Shown: piece by piece, positions 27,637 through 42,334 of the stretch | How the letters are laid out: each line of letters opens with the position of its first letter | Numbering within the stretch: position 1 is the stretch's first letter | Assembly: GCF_009914755.1 (NCBI RefSeq) | Contig: NC_060933.1 | Length of the DNA stretch: 64,000 nucleotides | Source of the DNA: the human T2T-CHM13v2.0 reference genome, Homo sapiens | Reading direction: 5' to 3' (one strand) | Translations under genes and position numbers: made by a program | Notes under the pieces: generated by a model | Database searches by the model: none | Seen by the model: the letters and a program-made list of their open reading frames with translations, nothing else | What the model was told of the DNA's origin: nothing

Positions 27637-27752
27637 CTCACCCTTTGTCTATTTTTAATTTTTTTATTATTGAGTTAAGAGCTCTTTATCCCTTATCAGA
27701 TATATGATTTGTGAATATGTTCTACTATTTAGAGGATTATTTTTTAACTTTC

Positions 27753-28116
27753 TAATATGGTTTGGCTTTGTCCTCACCCCAATCTCATCTTGAATTACAG
27801 CTCTCACAATTTCCTTGTGTTGTGGGAGGGACCCAGTGGGAGATAACTGAATCATGGGAGCAGTTTCCCCCATATTGTTCTTGTGGTAGTGAATAAGTCG
27901 TACGAGAGCTGATGTTTTTATTAGGAAAAACTCCTTTCACTTGGCTCTGACTCTTCTCCTGTCTGCCACCATGTGAGATGTGCCTTTCACCTTCCATCAT
28001 GATTGTGAGGCCTCCCCAGCCACGTGGAACTGTAAGTCCATTAAATCTCTTTCTTTTGTAAATTGCCCAGTCTCAGGTATGTCTATCAATCAACAACATA
28101 AAAATGGACGAATACA
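27753..28116 (+). mobile_element. THE1 (THE1B/C-like) solo LTR
   Basis: taatatggtttggct ... aataca; perfect TSD CTTTC at 27748-27752 and 28117-28121. Confidence 0.93.
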
Positions 28117-28152
28117 CTTTCTTAATGGTGTCCCTAGTGGCTCAAAAACGTT

Positions 28153-29014
28153 TCTTTTTTAACTTTTAAGTTCTGGGGTACATGTGCAGGATGTGCAGGC
28201 TCATTGCATAGGTAAATGTGTGCCACCGTGGTTTGCTGCCCATCATCTAAGTATTAACCCATCACCTAAGTATTAAGGCCAGCATGCGTTAGCTATTTTT
28301 CCTGATGCTCTCCCTTCCCCTGCCACCTCCTCCAACAGGCCCCAGTGTGTGTTGTTACTCTCCCTGTGTCCACGTGTTCTCATTGTTCAGCTTCCACTTA
28401 TGAGTGAGAACATGTGGTGTTTGGTTTTCTGTTCCTGTGTTAGTTTGCTTAAGATAATGGCTTCCAGCTCCATTCATGTCCCTAGAAAGGACATGATCTT
28501 TTTCCTTTGTATGGCTGCGTGGTATTCCATGGTGTATGTGTACCACATTTTCTTTATTCAGTCTATTACTGATGGGCATTTAGGTAGATTCCATGTCTTT
28601 TTCATTGTGAATAGTGCAATGAATATACATGTCCATATATTTTCATAACAGAATAATTTATATTTCTTTGGGTATATACCCAGTAATGGGATTGCTAAGT
28701 CAAATGATATTTCTGGTTCTAGGTCTTTGAGGAATTGCCACACTGTCTTCCACAATGATTGAACTAATTTACATTTCCACCAACAGTGTAAAAGCATTCC
28801 TATCCCTTCATGGCCTGGAGAGCTTTTGTTGCTTCTTGATTTTTCAATAACTGCCATTCTGACTGACATGAGATGGTATCTCACTGTGGTTTTGATTTGC
28901 ATTTCTCTAACAATCAGTGACGCTGAGCTTGTTTCATATGTTTTTTGGCTGCATAAATGTCTTCTTTTGAGAAGTGTCTGTTCATGTCCTATGCCCACTT
29001 TTTAATGGGGTTGT
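28153..29014 (-). mobile_element. 5'-truncated L1PA (L1PA8-like)
   Basis: L1 3'UTR plus ORF2 C-terminal remnant (28558-28998); no TSD found. Confidence 0.9.
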
Positions 29015-29083
29015 TAATTATTACTTAATATATAATTTTATGTCTTTTAAAGGAGCTGAGAGAGGAAAAGAAAGCAAGCATAT

Positions 29084-32558
<3,475 letters not shown>

Positions 32559-34682
32559 GAAAGCAAGCATATATTTTGGGGGGGTTGTAATATTAACCAG
32601 CTAATTTGCTATTTCTTGTTCATCTTTTCCTATAGTTTTCAGTGAGCATATGGTGTCCTTTCCTTGCTATAATACAGCTTTGTCCACCTACCTCCTTTCT
32701 GCTGTTATGATCAAGTATATTATATTTCTACATGTTATAGGTCTGCAATATAATTACACACATATTGCTTTATACCATATTTTTTTAAGTAAGTTAAGAG
32801 AAAGGAGAAGAAATATGCATTTATGCTATCTTTCATAATTACATAATCACCTCTCTTAGTGCTTGGTTTCTTTATGTAGATTTAAATTACTGTGGTCACT
32901 TGCTTTCAGCCTGAAGAACTTCCTTTGCTATTTCTTGTAAGGCCATTTCTGTATTGTAGCAGCTTTAGATAGTGATTTTTCTCCTTTTCCTGTGCTTGTT
33001 CATGTTACTTGCTTATTTATTTAGTAACTTGGGTAGGGTATTTTATTAAGTCCATTTCCCATGCAGTGCGAAGCCTCTGATGTCATTCTTATGAGGGTTC
33101 AGTCTTGGGCATGGGCATAGTCACCCTGGGATGACCGGTTTTGGCAGGCTCTCTTTGTCTCTATTTCTTATCTGTCTCCTAAACTGTATGTCTCTGTAGC
33201 ACCACATCCAGCTGTTAAGTTTCATTAATTGCTGGCTGATGACTCCATTTTTTAAAAATAATGTGCTGGTGCATAAATTGCTTCACACTCTGATCCAATT
33301 AAATTTGGGTGTCTTGGCAGGGCCAGGCTTTGAGGGTTTCTCTGACCACAGAAGGACTCATCTTAGAGTTATCTCTTCACCTGCTTTGTCTGGTAATACA
33401 GCTGGCTTATAGTTTTGCTTGTTGCTCTCATGGAGCTACCAGCCTCTCCTTAATTGCTTATTACCAAAATCTCCATGGTCCTTGAGAGTTCCTTTAGGAT
33501 TGAACTTACCCGCACTTTGTTCCAAATAAATTCAATTTCTTCGGGGGAAGTTTCTGCATCTTATGTTATTTTGACTTGCCTCTTCATCTGGCAAAATCTC
33601 TGAACCACTGCTCTGGAGATGACAGCAGGCAAAATCACCCACTTCTCTTGGAATACCATGTTTCATGAACTGAGCACTGAGCTGGGGCAGTAGCCTCTGG
33701 TCTTCTCAGCTTGCCTCTTCCAGTATGGAATATTCTCCTTATGAAAAGATTGGGGTTAAGATAATTTGGCCCAAGTTTTATTACCCTTCTGTACCTAGAG
33801 TAGAACCAGTGAAATTGGAGCTGGGTAGGTGAATGAAGTTCCTGATGTCTTGGCCACACTTGCCTGGAAACTAGCCTTCGTAACATGCAGCTAGGAGAGG
33901 ATAAAAAATGTTGGCAATCTCTTTATCCCAGGAGAATACCTTACCACTTGACTGGTAGCTTAGAGGAAAGGGAGCCCCTTTGGAGTGGGGCGTCTATCAT
34001 GCTGAGCTTTAGGGGTAAGGGTAAAGGAGGGAGTGGATAGTGGCATACGTGACACAGGATCTCACTGTTACTACCAAGATTTAGTAGATTTTATTATTTT
34101 CTTTTTTTTTAAATTTCAAAGTACTTAATTGAGAACTAAAGATTATATGTATTCAAGGTGTGCAATGTGATTATTTGATACACATGTACACTGTGTAATA
34201 ATTGTCACAATGAAATTAATCAACACATCCATCACCACTTAGGCTGTGCACTAGATCCCCAGACCTCATTCATCTTTTAACTGAGAGTTTATACCCTTTC
34301 ATCAAATATCTCCATTTCCTCACCCCCAGCCTCTGGCAACACTATTCTACTCTCTGTTTCTCTGAGTTTAATTTTTTAGATTTCACATATAAGTGAGATT
34401 ATACAGTACTTTTATTTCTGTGTTTAGCTTATTTCACTTAGCATAGTGTCCTCCAGGTTCATCCATGTTGTCTCACAGATGGCAGGACTTCCTTATTTTT
34501 TATGGTTGCCTAATGTTTCATTGTATGTATACATACACATACACACACCACATTTTTAAAAATTAATTTATCTGTCAATGGACAATTGGCTTATTAGGCC
34601 AAGGGGATATGCAGAAAACAGAACCCCCTCATGTGTAACCTTCTGCAGGCCTAAATTTTTGTGGGATGGACAAGAACCCCAT

Positions 34683-35350
34683 TGTGATGGTTAATACTGA
34701 GTGTCAACTTGACTGGATTAAATGATGCAAAGTATTAATCCTGGGTGTGTCTGTGAGGGTGTTGCCAAAGGAGATTAACATTTGAGTCAGTGGGCTGGGA
34801 AAGGCAGACCCACCCTTACTCCCGGTGGGCACCGTCTAATCAGCTGCCAGCATAGCTAGACTATAAAGCAGGCAGAAAAATGTGAAAAGACTAGACTGGC
34901 CTAGTTTCCCAGCCTACATCTTTTTCCCATGCTGGATGCTTCCTGGCCTGGAACATCAAACTCTAAGTCCTTCAGTTTTGGGACTCAGACTGGCTCTTCT
35001 TGCTCCTCAGCTTACAGATGGCCTATTGTGGGACCTTGTGATCATGTGAGTTAATACTTATTAAACTCCCCTTCATATATATATACATATATATATACAT
35101 ATATATACATACATATATACATATATATACATATATACACATATATATACATATATATACACATATATATACATATATGTGAATATATATATATATATGT
35201 GTATATATGTATGTATATATATGTATATATGTATATATGTGTATATATGTGTATATATATATACATATACATACACACACACACACACACATATCTGTAT
35301 CTATCTATCTCCTATTAGTTCTGTCCCTCCAGAGAACCCTGACTAATACA
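34683..35350 (+). mobile_element. MLT2A (HERV-L) solo LTR with an expanded central microsatellite
   Basis: tgtgatggttaatactgagtgtcaactt ... gaaccctgactaataca; TSD cccat/cctat. Confidence 0.92.
35074..35310. repeat. Compound (TA)n/(CA)n/(TG)n microsatellite
   Basis: Seen directly; it explains the YI/CV-rich ORFs at 35023-35292. Confidence 0.97.
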
Positions 35351-37619
35351 CCTATCTTTAGCTGAACTAAGGAAAAGTCCTGCAACAATATGTTTTGCAA
35401 ATATTTTCTCCCATTTTGGAGACTTTCTTGTCATTTTGCTGGTTGTTTCCTTTGCTGTGCAGAACTTTTTAGTTTTATGTAGTCCCACTTGTTTATTTTT
35501 GCTTTGTTGTCTGTGCTTTTGGTGTGCTATCCAAAAAACTATTGCCATGGCAATGTCAAGGTGCTTCTCCCTTTTTTTTTTTTTTCTAGGAGTTTTATGG
35601 CTTAAGATATTACATTTAAGTCTTTGATCTATTTTAATTTATATATATAGTGTAAGAAAAGGGTTTGATTTTTTTTTTTTTTTTTTTTTTTGCATCTGGA
35701 TATCCAGTCTGCCCAACACCATTTATTGAAGAAACTTTCCTTACATTGTATGTTTTTGGCGCACTAGAAAAATATTAGTTGACCATATAGATTTTCTTGA
35801 ATAAATATGTCTTCATTTCCTGTATGCCCTTAGGAAATTTACAGAGACTTTAAATAGGTGCTAGTTTTTAAAAATAATTTTCACCAGTTAAAGCTGTTTT
35901 GTATGGGAGCAGCTTTGAGCTCCTCACACTGTCATTCCAGAAGTTGTATCTCTCCAATTATCTGTAGAAGAAATTTAACTGATTAGGGTAAAATAAACAA
36001 ATTAATGTAAATGCAAAGAGAACAAACCTGAAGTCTAACTAATTTGGTCATTACCAGTAATTATTATTTACAGATAGATTTATTTGTAGTTCATTAACTG
36101 CAAACTTGCTTCATTTGTGTGCTGTAACTCATTAATCAGAAAGCTGCATTGAGTGATGGGACTCTAATGTGGTTTGACTTTTTAAATAAATTTCAAGATT
36201 TGAATATCAAATTTCAGTGGAGCATTAAATAAGCACTTTAGGGGATGGAAGAATTGGTGATTATATAAAGCAAATACTTCAGTATCTTAAGTTTCAGTGT
36301 GCTTATATACCCAGGTTTTAGTATGTCTGCACTGTACCATATCTTATGTTTGCAGGATTAGCATAGTAAGAAATTATGTTATTTTATAGAACACACAGCC
36401 TCTGGTTCAATTAACTAAGAAATATTTATAGAGCGCCCTCGGTCTAGAAATTCAACAAATGTAATACAAGATACCTATCTCCAAGAAGCTAATTATTGAA
36501 CTGTTAATATATTCTCCAAACACATCAAAAATAATTTCTAAGATATAATAGTTTAAAAACAGATGAGTAGTGCAGATGGATTAAGATGAAGTGAGGCCCT
36601 TAAAAGTTGAAGTATTTTCTGTTAAATCATTGGCTTAAGATTATAGCAATCTTTTTTTCCCCTTTTTGTTGGAAGTCTTCAGTTTTGATGGGGTACAGTG
36701 GGGAAGGTTTGTTTCTGCTCCATGCAGTGTTATCTGAGGAGTGGTAGGTAGTGGATAATGATTAACTGACGACTGGAGAATTTGCTTCCAATACAGCTCC
36801 CTCATGTAACTATTTAGAATTACTAAGGAATTTCTTGGATTCTACGTGAATCTTGATTTGTTTAGATGCTCCTGTGCCCCATGAAGGGAGAGTCTGAGAG
36901 TTTGCATCATCTCATCTTTATATAATCCGAATCCAAATACTTCCAGAAGAGAGAAAGTAGTTTTCTTTTTCTGTCTCCTTGGGAATAATCCACCTTGGAG
37001 ATTAAGAGAAGGTTGAGTAGTTCCTGGCTTCAAGCAATTAAAACAAGGCTGAGGGGGCAGACAAAATTATCACACTGAGTGGAAATTTTCATACGAATTA
37101 CAGTAATTTCCTCCAAAGAACTATGTGGCTTTATTAATAGTCACCTATTAGGTAGCCAAAGCTACTAGAGACTGTAGTCCATAATGGACTATGCTGATGA
37201 TTTGCCTCAGAAAAAGTGTTTGCTGCCAAGGGGTTGCACTGATACGAGAGAAGGCAAGGGGTGTCAGGAAGGTAATTTAGATGAAAGCCACCACTTCTGA
37301 GAGCAATGACTACTAAGGAGAGTTCCTCCTGTAGAAAGCTCCAGGGTATAGCCTCCAGTGGGAACCAACTTTAGCTCCTGACCATCAGTAGTAATGGAAG
37401 AAGTTCCAGCAGGGCTAAAGATGCTACTATCTTGGCTGGAAATGTCAGCAGGCACTGCTGTGAGCCCCTGAAGGGAAACTATCAAAGAAGCTAAATTTGG
37501 ATTCAAAAATAGGGAGCATTCTTTGGAGGTCAATGGCCCAACCTTCCCTCCTAGTGAGCATTGACCTTAACATTTATTGGAAGAGTAGATTGACATTTAA
37601 TAGACTTCAATCAAAAAGC

Positions 37620-37850
37620 ATATAGCATAGCGGAAAGAGCATGAGCCTTGGAGGCTGTTTGACATGGATTTTCATCCATGCTCTGCCACTTACTAGTTTG
37701 TGCCCATTGGTGATTTGTCTCAGTTCTTGTCATCCACTAAAAAAAAAAAAAAAAAAAAAAAAAATAGGGTGCTATAGAGAGGGCTGAATGAGATAATACA
37801 TGCAATAGAAACTAGCACATTGCAGGTACTCAAAATATAATAGCCAATAT
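37620..37850 (+). mobile_element. MIR with an internal ~25-nt A run
   Basis: ctctgccacttactagtttgtg ... gagataatacatg ... gcaggtactcaa. Confidence 0.7.
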
Positions 37851-38334
37851 TGTTCTTTCCTGTGTGAATTAGAAACTGATGAAACTCCAAGGCCTCTAAC
37901 CAATTATTGAGCCCTTGAATTATGTCCTGCCTCTTGTATTCTTCTAGAAATCATCTAGGGGAATGTAGTATGGGAAAGTTATTAAATAAGTACTAGAGGC
38001 AGGCCCTGTGCCTGTGAAAGCCAGCACACTGTTACATAGAGAAGGACTTGGAATCAGTCCTAGCAATTTCATGAGCTCTAGAGACCAGCATTCCCATTTT
38101 ATGTATTTCCAGTGATAACTGCAGGACACATCATTAATACACCGGTGAAAGAATTGTAGTCACAAAAGATTTGGTTTCTGCAAAAGATTTTCAACATAAG
38201 TTTCCTTTACCTCATGTATAAAAGATGTAAGCCAAATTTCTCTTTTAAAAATCCTCTGCTTGGTTTATTTCCCCTTGCCCAGCTCTATGTGTAATAGCTA
38301 ATGTTTTGGGGATCACTTTGCAATTCAAAATCTG

Positions 38335-38660
38335 AGCCTTTCAAAGATGCTTCTTGATTTGATGTTCCAGGTGGCTGAAGAGGAAATGGACTTCAAGTGA
38401 TTGTTCGTGGCTTTGAAAGGTCATGATCTACTTCCTGCAGTAGGTTTAATGTGCACCTGAACTTTGGCCCTCACATTTTTCTGATTATGGAACAAAATCA
38501 TATGACAGTGGCAAGTAGCTCATTCTCACGCGCATCCAATGTTCAATCAAGGCAGGGTTCAAAGCTGATGGGCACTTCCGTGATTGGCATTTCAGAAGTG
38601 CATTTATTTCAGTCCTACACTGCATTTCCTACTTAACTCCAGCGTCAAAGGAATTTGAAC
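38335..38660. promoter_or_regulatory. Candidate enhancer (HNF4-type DR1 plus three TCF/LEF motifs)
   Basis: TGAACTTTGGCCC at 38458-38470; TTCAAAG at 38340 and 38558; CTTTGAA at 38411; apparently non-repeat DNA with several retained CpGs; motif evidence only. Confidence 0.3.
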
Positions 38661-39039
38661 AATTTGGCTGGTGGGCACAAGGGAAGGTTACGCCTCACTG
38701 TATGTATAATCATTTACACACTTAGTGCTCTCCAAAATGGGTCATTCTTTCACAACGCAAATTTTGCATGATTTATCTATAAAAGATAAAGAAATTGACA
38801 TATTTCAAGAAAATATTGCAAGAATTATGGATGTGAGCATTTGAAGCATCATTATACATTAAAAATCCATAAAGTTTTCAGACATACTGCTATTTTGGTA
38901 TAGCATCAAATCATTGTTCTAATAAGGAACACTTTTGAACATTATGAAATATTATTGGTATCTAGAGTTTGGTGCAGATAATACAATTAAAATGTTTTTA
39001 TATTATCATTTATACACTCAATCTCAATGATGTAAATTC

Positions 39040-39366
39040 TTTTTATTATATATCCTGTTTGTTTGTTTTTTTATTTCAACAGGTTTTTGGGGAATAGGTG
39101 GAGTTTGGTTCCTTGAGTAAGTTCTTTAACGGTGATTTCTGAAATTTTGGTGCACCCATCACCCAAGCAGTGTACACTGCACCCAGTGGGTGGTCTTTTA
39201 TCCCTCGCCCCCCTCCCACCCTTCACCCCAAGTCCCCAAAGTCCATTGTATCATTCTTATGCCTTTGAGTCCTCATAGTTTAGCTCCCACTTATGACTAG
39301 GAACACACGATGTTTGGTTTTCTAGTCCTGAGTTACTTCACTTAGAATAATGGTCTACAATTCCAT
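39040..39366 (-). mobile_element. Short L1PB1-like 3' end
   Basis: Same 3'UTR as at 18420; TSD aatga(t/a)gtaaattc at 39026-39039 and 39367-39380. Confidence 0.88.
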
Positions 39367-39389
39367 AATGAAGTAAATTCAGATGTTTA

Positions 39390-39663
39390 ATTACCAAATA
39401 TTTATTAAGAGTCTGTTTTGTGTCAGGCCCTGGACTAGCACTGCATTTTAATAAGGTCTCATTCTAGCTGTATGTACAGACAACAGATTTTATACACACA
39501 GATGCGACAATTAGATTGTTACACATGCTATGAGGGAAAGAGTGTGCAGGGATGACAAAGCTTATGAGGTGATCTACTTTAGATAGAACAGTGAAGGAAG
39601 AACTCCCTAGGACTAAAGTGAAGTCACATATAAGGTGAGAGCTGAAGAATGAGAAACCAGCCA
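39390..39663 (-). mobile_element. L2 fragment (its continuation lies inverted at ~40060-40197)
   Basis: aaatatttattaagagtctg...tgtcaggc ... gagagctgaagaatgagaaaccagcca. Confidence 0.7.
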
Positions 39664-39667
39664 ATTT

Positions 39668-39995
39668 TTTCACTTTGTTTTGTTGGCTTTTAATTTTTGT
39701 CGGTATATAGTAGGTGTATATATTTGTGGGGTACATGAGATATTTTGATAGAGGCAATGCAATACATAATAATCACATCAGGGTAAATAAGGTATCCATC
39801 ACCTCAAGCATCTATCCTTTGTGCTGCAAACAATATAATTATACCCTTTCAGTTATTTTAAAATGTACAGTTAAATTATTATTGACTATAGTAATCTTGT
39901 TGTGCTTTCAAATACTAGTTCTTATTCATTCTAATTTTTGTACACAGTAACCATCTCCACTTCTGCTAACCCCTTCACCCCCACTACCCTTCCCA
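39668..39995 (-). mobile_element. L1MA (L1MA2/3-like) 3' end
   Basis: tagtaggtgtatatatttgtggggtacatgagatattttgata ... ctacccttccca. Confidence 0.88.
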
Positions 39996-40197
39996 TGGTT
40001 CTATGTTTTCTCACATATTATATAGGGGCAATCATAAAATTCACTTAGCATCATTCTGACACTCCTCCTTGCTCATGCTTCTCTAGTTACATTATGTAGT
40101 TCCTCAGCATGCCAAACTCTTCCCTTGCCATGATTCTGTGTTGTTTTTCCTCTGCCTGAAACACTTTTCCTGCTACTCTTCAAATGGCTGGCTTCTC

Positions 40198-41260
40198 CAA
40201 AATATCAATGAAATAAAAACTTCATTTTTTGAAAAGATAAGCAAAATTGACAAACATTAGCTAGACTAAGAAAAAAAGAGAGAGGATCCAAATATGTAAA
40301 ATCAGAGATGAAAAAGAAGGCTTTACAACCAATACCACAGAAATTCAAAGAATCATTTGTGGCTTCTACAAGGAACTGTAAGTCAATAAATTTGAAAATC
40401 TAGAAGAAATGGATAAATTCCTAGACACATACAACCAAGACTGAACCATGAAGAAATCCAAAACCTGAACAGACCAATAACATGTAATGAGTTCAAAGCC
40501 ATAATAAAAAGTCTCCCAGTAAAAACAGGCCAGGACCCGATGGCTTCACTGCTGAATTCTGCTGAACATTTAAAGAACTAATGCCAATCCTGTTTAAACT
40601 ATTCCAAAAAATAGAGGAGGAAGGAATGACTTCAAAGTAATTCTATGAGGCCAGTATTACCAGGATACCAAAACCAGACAAAGACACATCAAAAAAAGAA
40701 AACTACAAGCCAATATCCCTGATGAATATTTATGCAAAAATCTTCAACACAATACTAGCAAACTGAATTCAACAACACATTGAAAAGATCATTCATCATG
40801 ACCAAGCATGATTTATCCCAGGGATCCAAGGATGGTTTAACCTACATAAATCAATCGATGTAATATATTTTATATCAACAGAATGGAGATCACAAACCAT
40901 AGGATAATTTCAACTGATGCTGAAAAAGTACTTGATAAAATTCAACATCCCTCATGATAAAAAAAACATAAAAACTGGGTACAGAAGGAACATACTTCAA
41001 CATAATAAAAGCCATATATGATAAACCCACAGCTAGTGTCATACTGAATGGGGAAAAACAGAAAGCCTTTCTTCTAAAATCTGAAACATGGCAAGAATGC
41101 CTACTGTTACCACTGTTATTCAACATAGTACTGGAAGACCTAGCTAGAGCAAACGGACAAGAGAAAGAAATAAAGGGCATGTAAATTAGAAAGGAAGAAG
41201 TCAAATTATCTTTGTTTGTAGATAATATGATCTAATATCTGGAAAAACCTAAAGACTTCA
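40198..41260 (+). mobile_element. L1MA-type ORF2 fragment, the inverted 5' part of the same insertion as 39668-39995
   Basis: ORF2 linker-to-RT sequence (gaaaatctagaagaaatggataaattcc, ttatctttgtttgtagataatatgatc); abuts the inverted TSD copy at 40182-40197. Confidence 0.88.
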
Positions 41261-42334
41261 AATTGAGCCTTCTCTACAATTTGACTCTCTCTCAGTTAGG
41301 TCCTGGGACTAATTTTTAAGCCAATAGGCCTTCTGCCTATAGTAATAAAGGGTCTCTTTAAGTGCTGTCAGAGAGGTCTTTTGGTTTTGGGTACATTATG
41401 TCCTGAATTAGTTCATTATTTTTTGCCTAAAAATATTACAGAGGTATCTCTTGAGGCAGATACTTTGCAAGATGATAATATTCCTTCCTCAAGATTTGTC
41501 CCCCTCCCATCATGGCATTAACCTTGTTGGACTGGTTAATATTAACCATAAGCAAACTGATGTAAAGTAACTTTTCAAATACTGTTTCCAATTTCTATAT
41601 CCAAAATGTTTCCATTGCTCAACACATTTTTGAAATTCCATTTATGAAAATATCTCATATTTGTGCAGTGCTTATGTGGCTCTGAATGTCTATAATATTA
41701 CTTTTTGTGATGGATGAATGATTAAAAGATTTTTGAAGTCCAGAAATAAGATTAGATTTGCACAATACTTACTGTGACCTTTACTCAAATAGGTCCTTTC
41801 AATGACAGTAAAATTTGGTAATTTAGTTCTTAAATGTCCTATTCATGTCAGGTCATTAAGAAGTCATTTTTTTTTTTCTTTCTGACCCACCTCCTAGCTC
41901 TGCTGTAATACTGTCAAGGTCTCCTGGGATAGTTGCTGTGTTTTACTTGTAAGGGCTGTACATTTTATTGGTGGATGAAGTGATTCATCCACATGCCAAA
42001 TACAAGCAAAGTTCTTTAGCATGACAGATATTACACAAAAAGAGAAAACACTTGGAATAAATGGCAACATACAGGTGCAGCTTCCTTTGGAGCTTTTCAA
42101 ATCCGGAAAATATTGAGTTAGGGAAAAAAGAGTTTAGTGCACTCAGTTTGTAGTTCAACCCGTTTACTAGATTATCCTTTTCTATACCAAATAATATTGA
42201 ATAATCAATCTGCATAGCACCAAATGGCTTCAGAGAATAATGGAAACATATGTGGGTCACCTGTGGAGTAACACTTTTTTTATGTAGCATCTTAGAATTA
42301 GAATTGTCCCAACTTGCTTTGTGAGAGCAGGAAG

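Larger units (their letters stand above)
34596..35388 (+). mobile_element. 3' fragment of an ERV-type LTR (34596-34682 plus 35351-35388), split by MLT2A
   Basis: ggacaagaacccc|atctttagctgaactaaggaaaagtcctgcaaca resembles a typical ERV1-class LTR terminus ending in CA; family not determined. Confidence 0.55.
34093..35787 (-). mobile_element. L1MA (L1MA9-like), 5'-truncated and internally deleted, nested in the L1MB 5' region
   Basis: L1MA 3' end at 34100-34590 and ORF2 piece at 35390-35787; TSD tagatttt at 34085-34092 and 35788-35795. Confidence 0.8.

Noticed and set aside
35023-35292. Three overlapping Y/I/C/V-rich ORFs
   Set aside because: Translations of a TA/CA microsatellite
37264-37533. 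Ser/Thr/Gly-rich minus-strand ORF with an acceptor-like tttcccttcAG
   Set aside because: No convincing donor before the stop and no recognisable protein similarity
37739-37763. Isolated long poly-A runs (also ~3382 and ~54171) as orphan retroposed tails
   Set aside because: No flanking TSDs seen; homopolymer expansion is sufficient
41533-41548. Perfect 16-bp palindrome TGGTTAATATTAACCA resembling an HNF1 site
   Set aside because: Lacks the 1-bp spacer of GTTAATNATTAAC, and about one such palindrome is expected by chance in 64 kb
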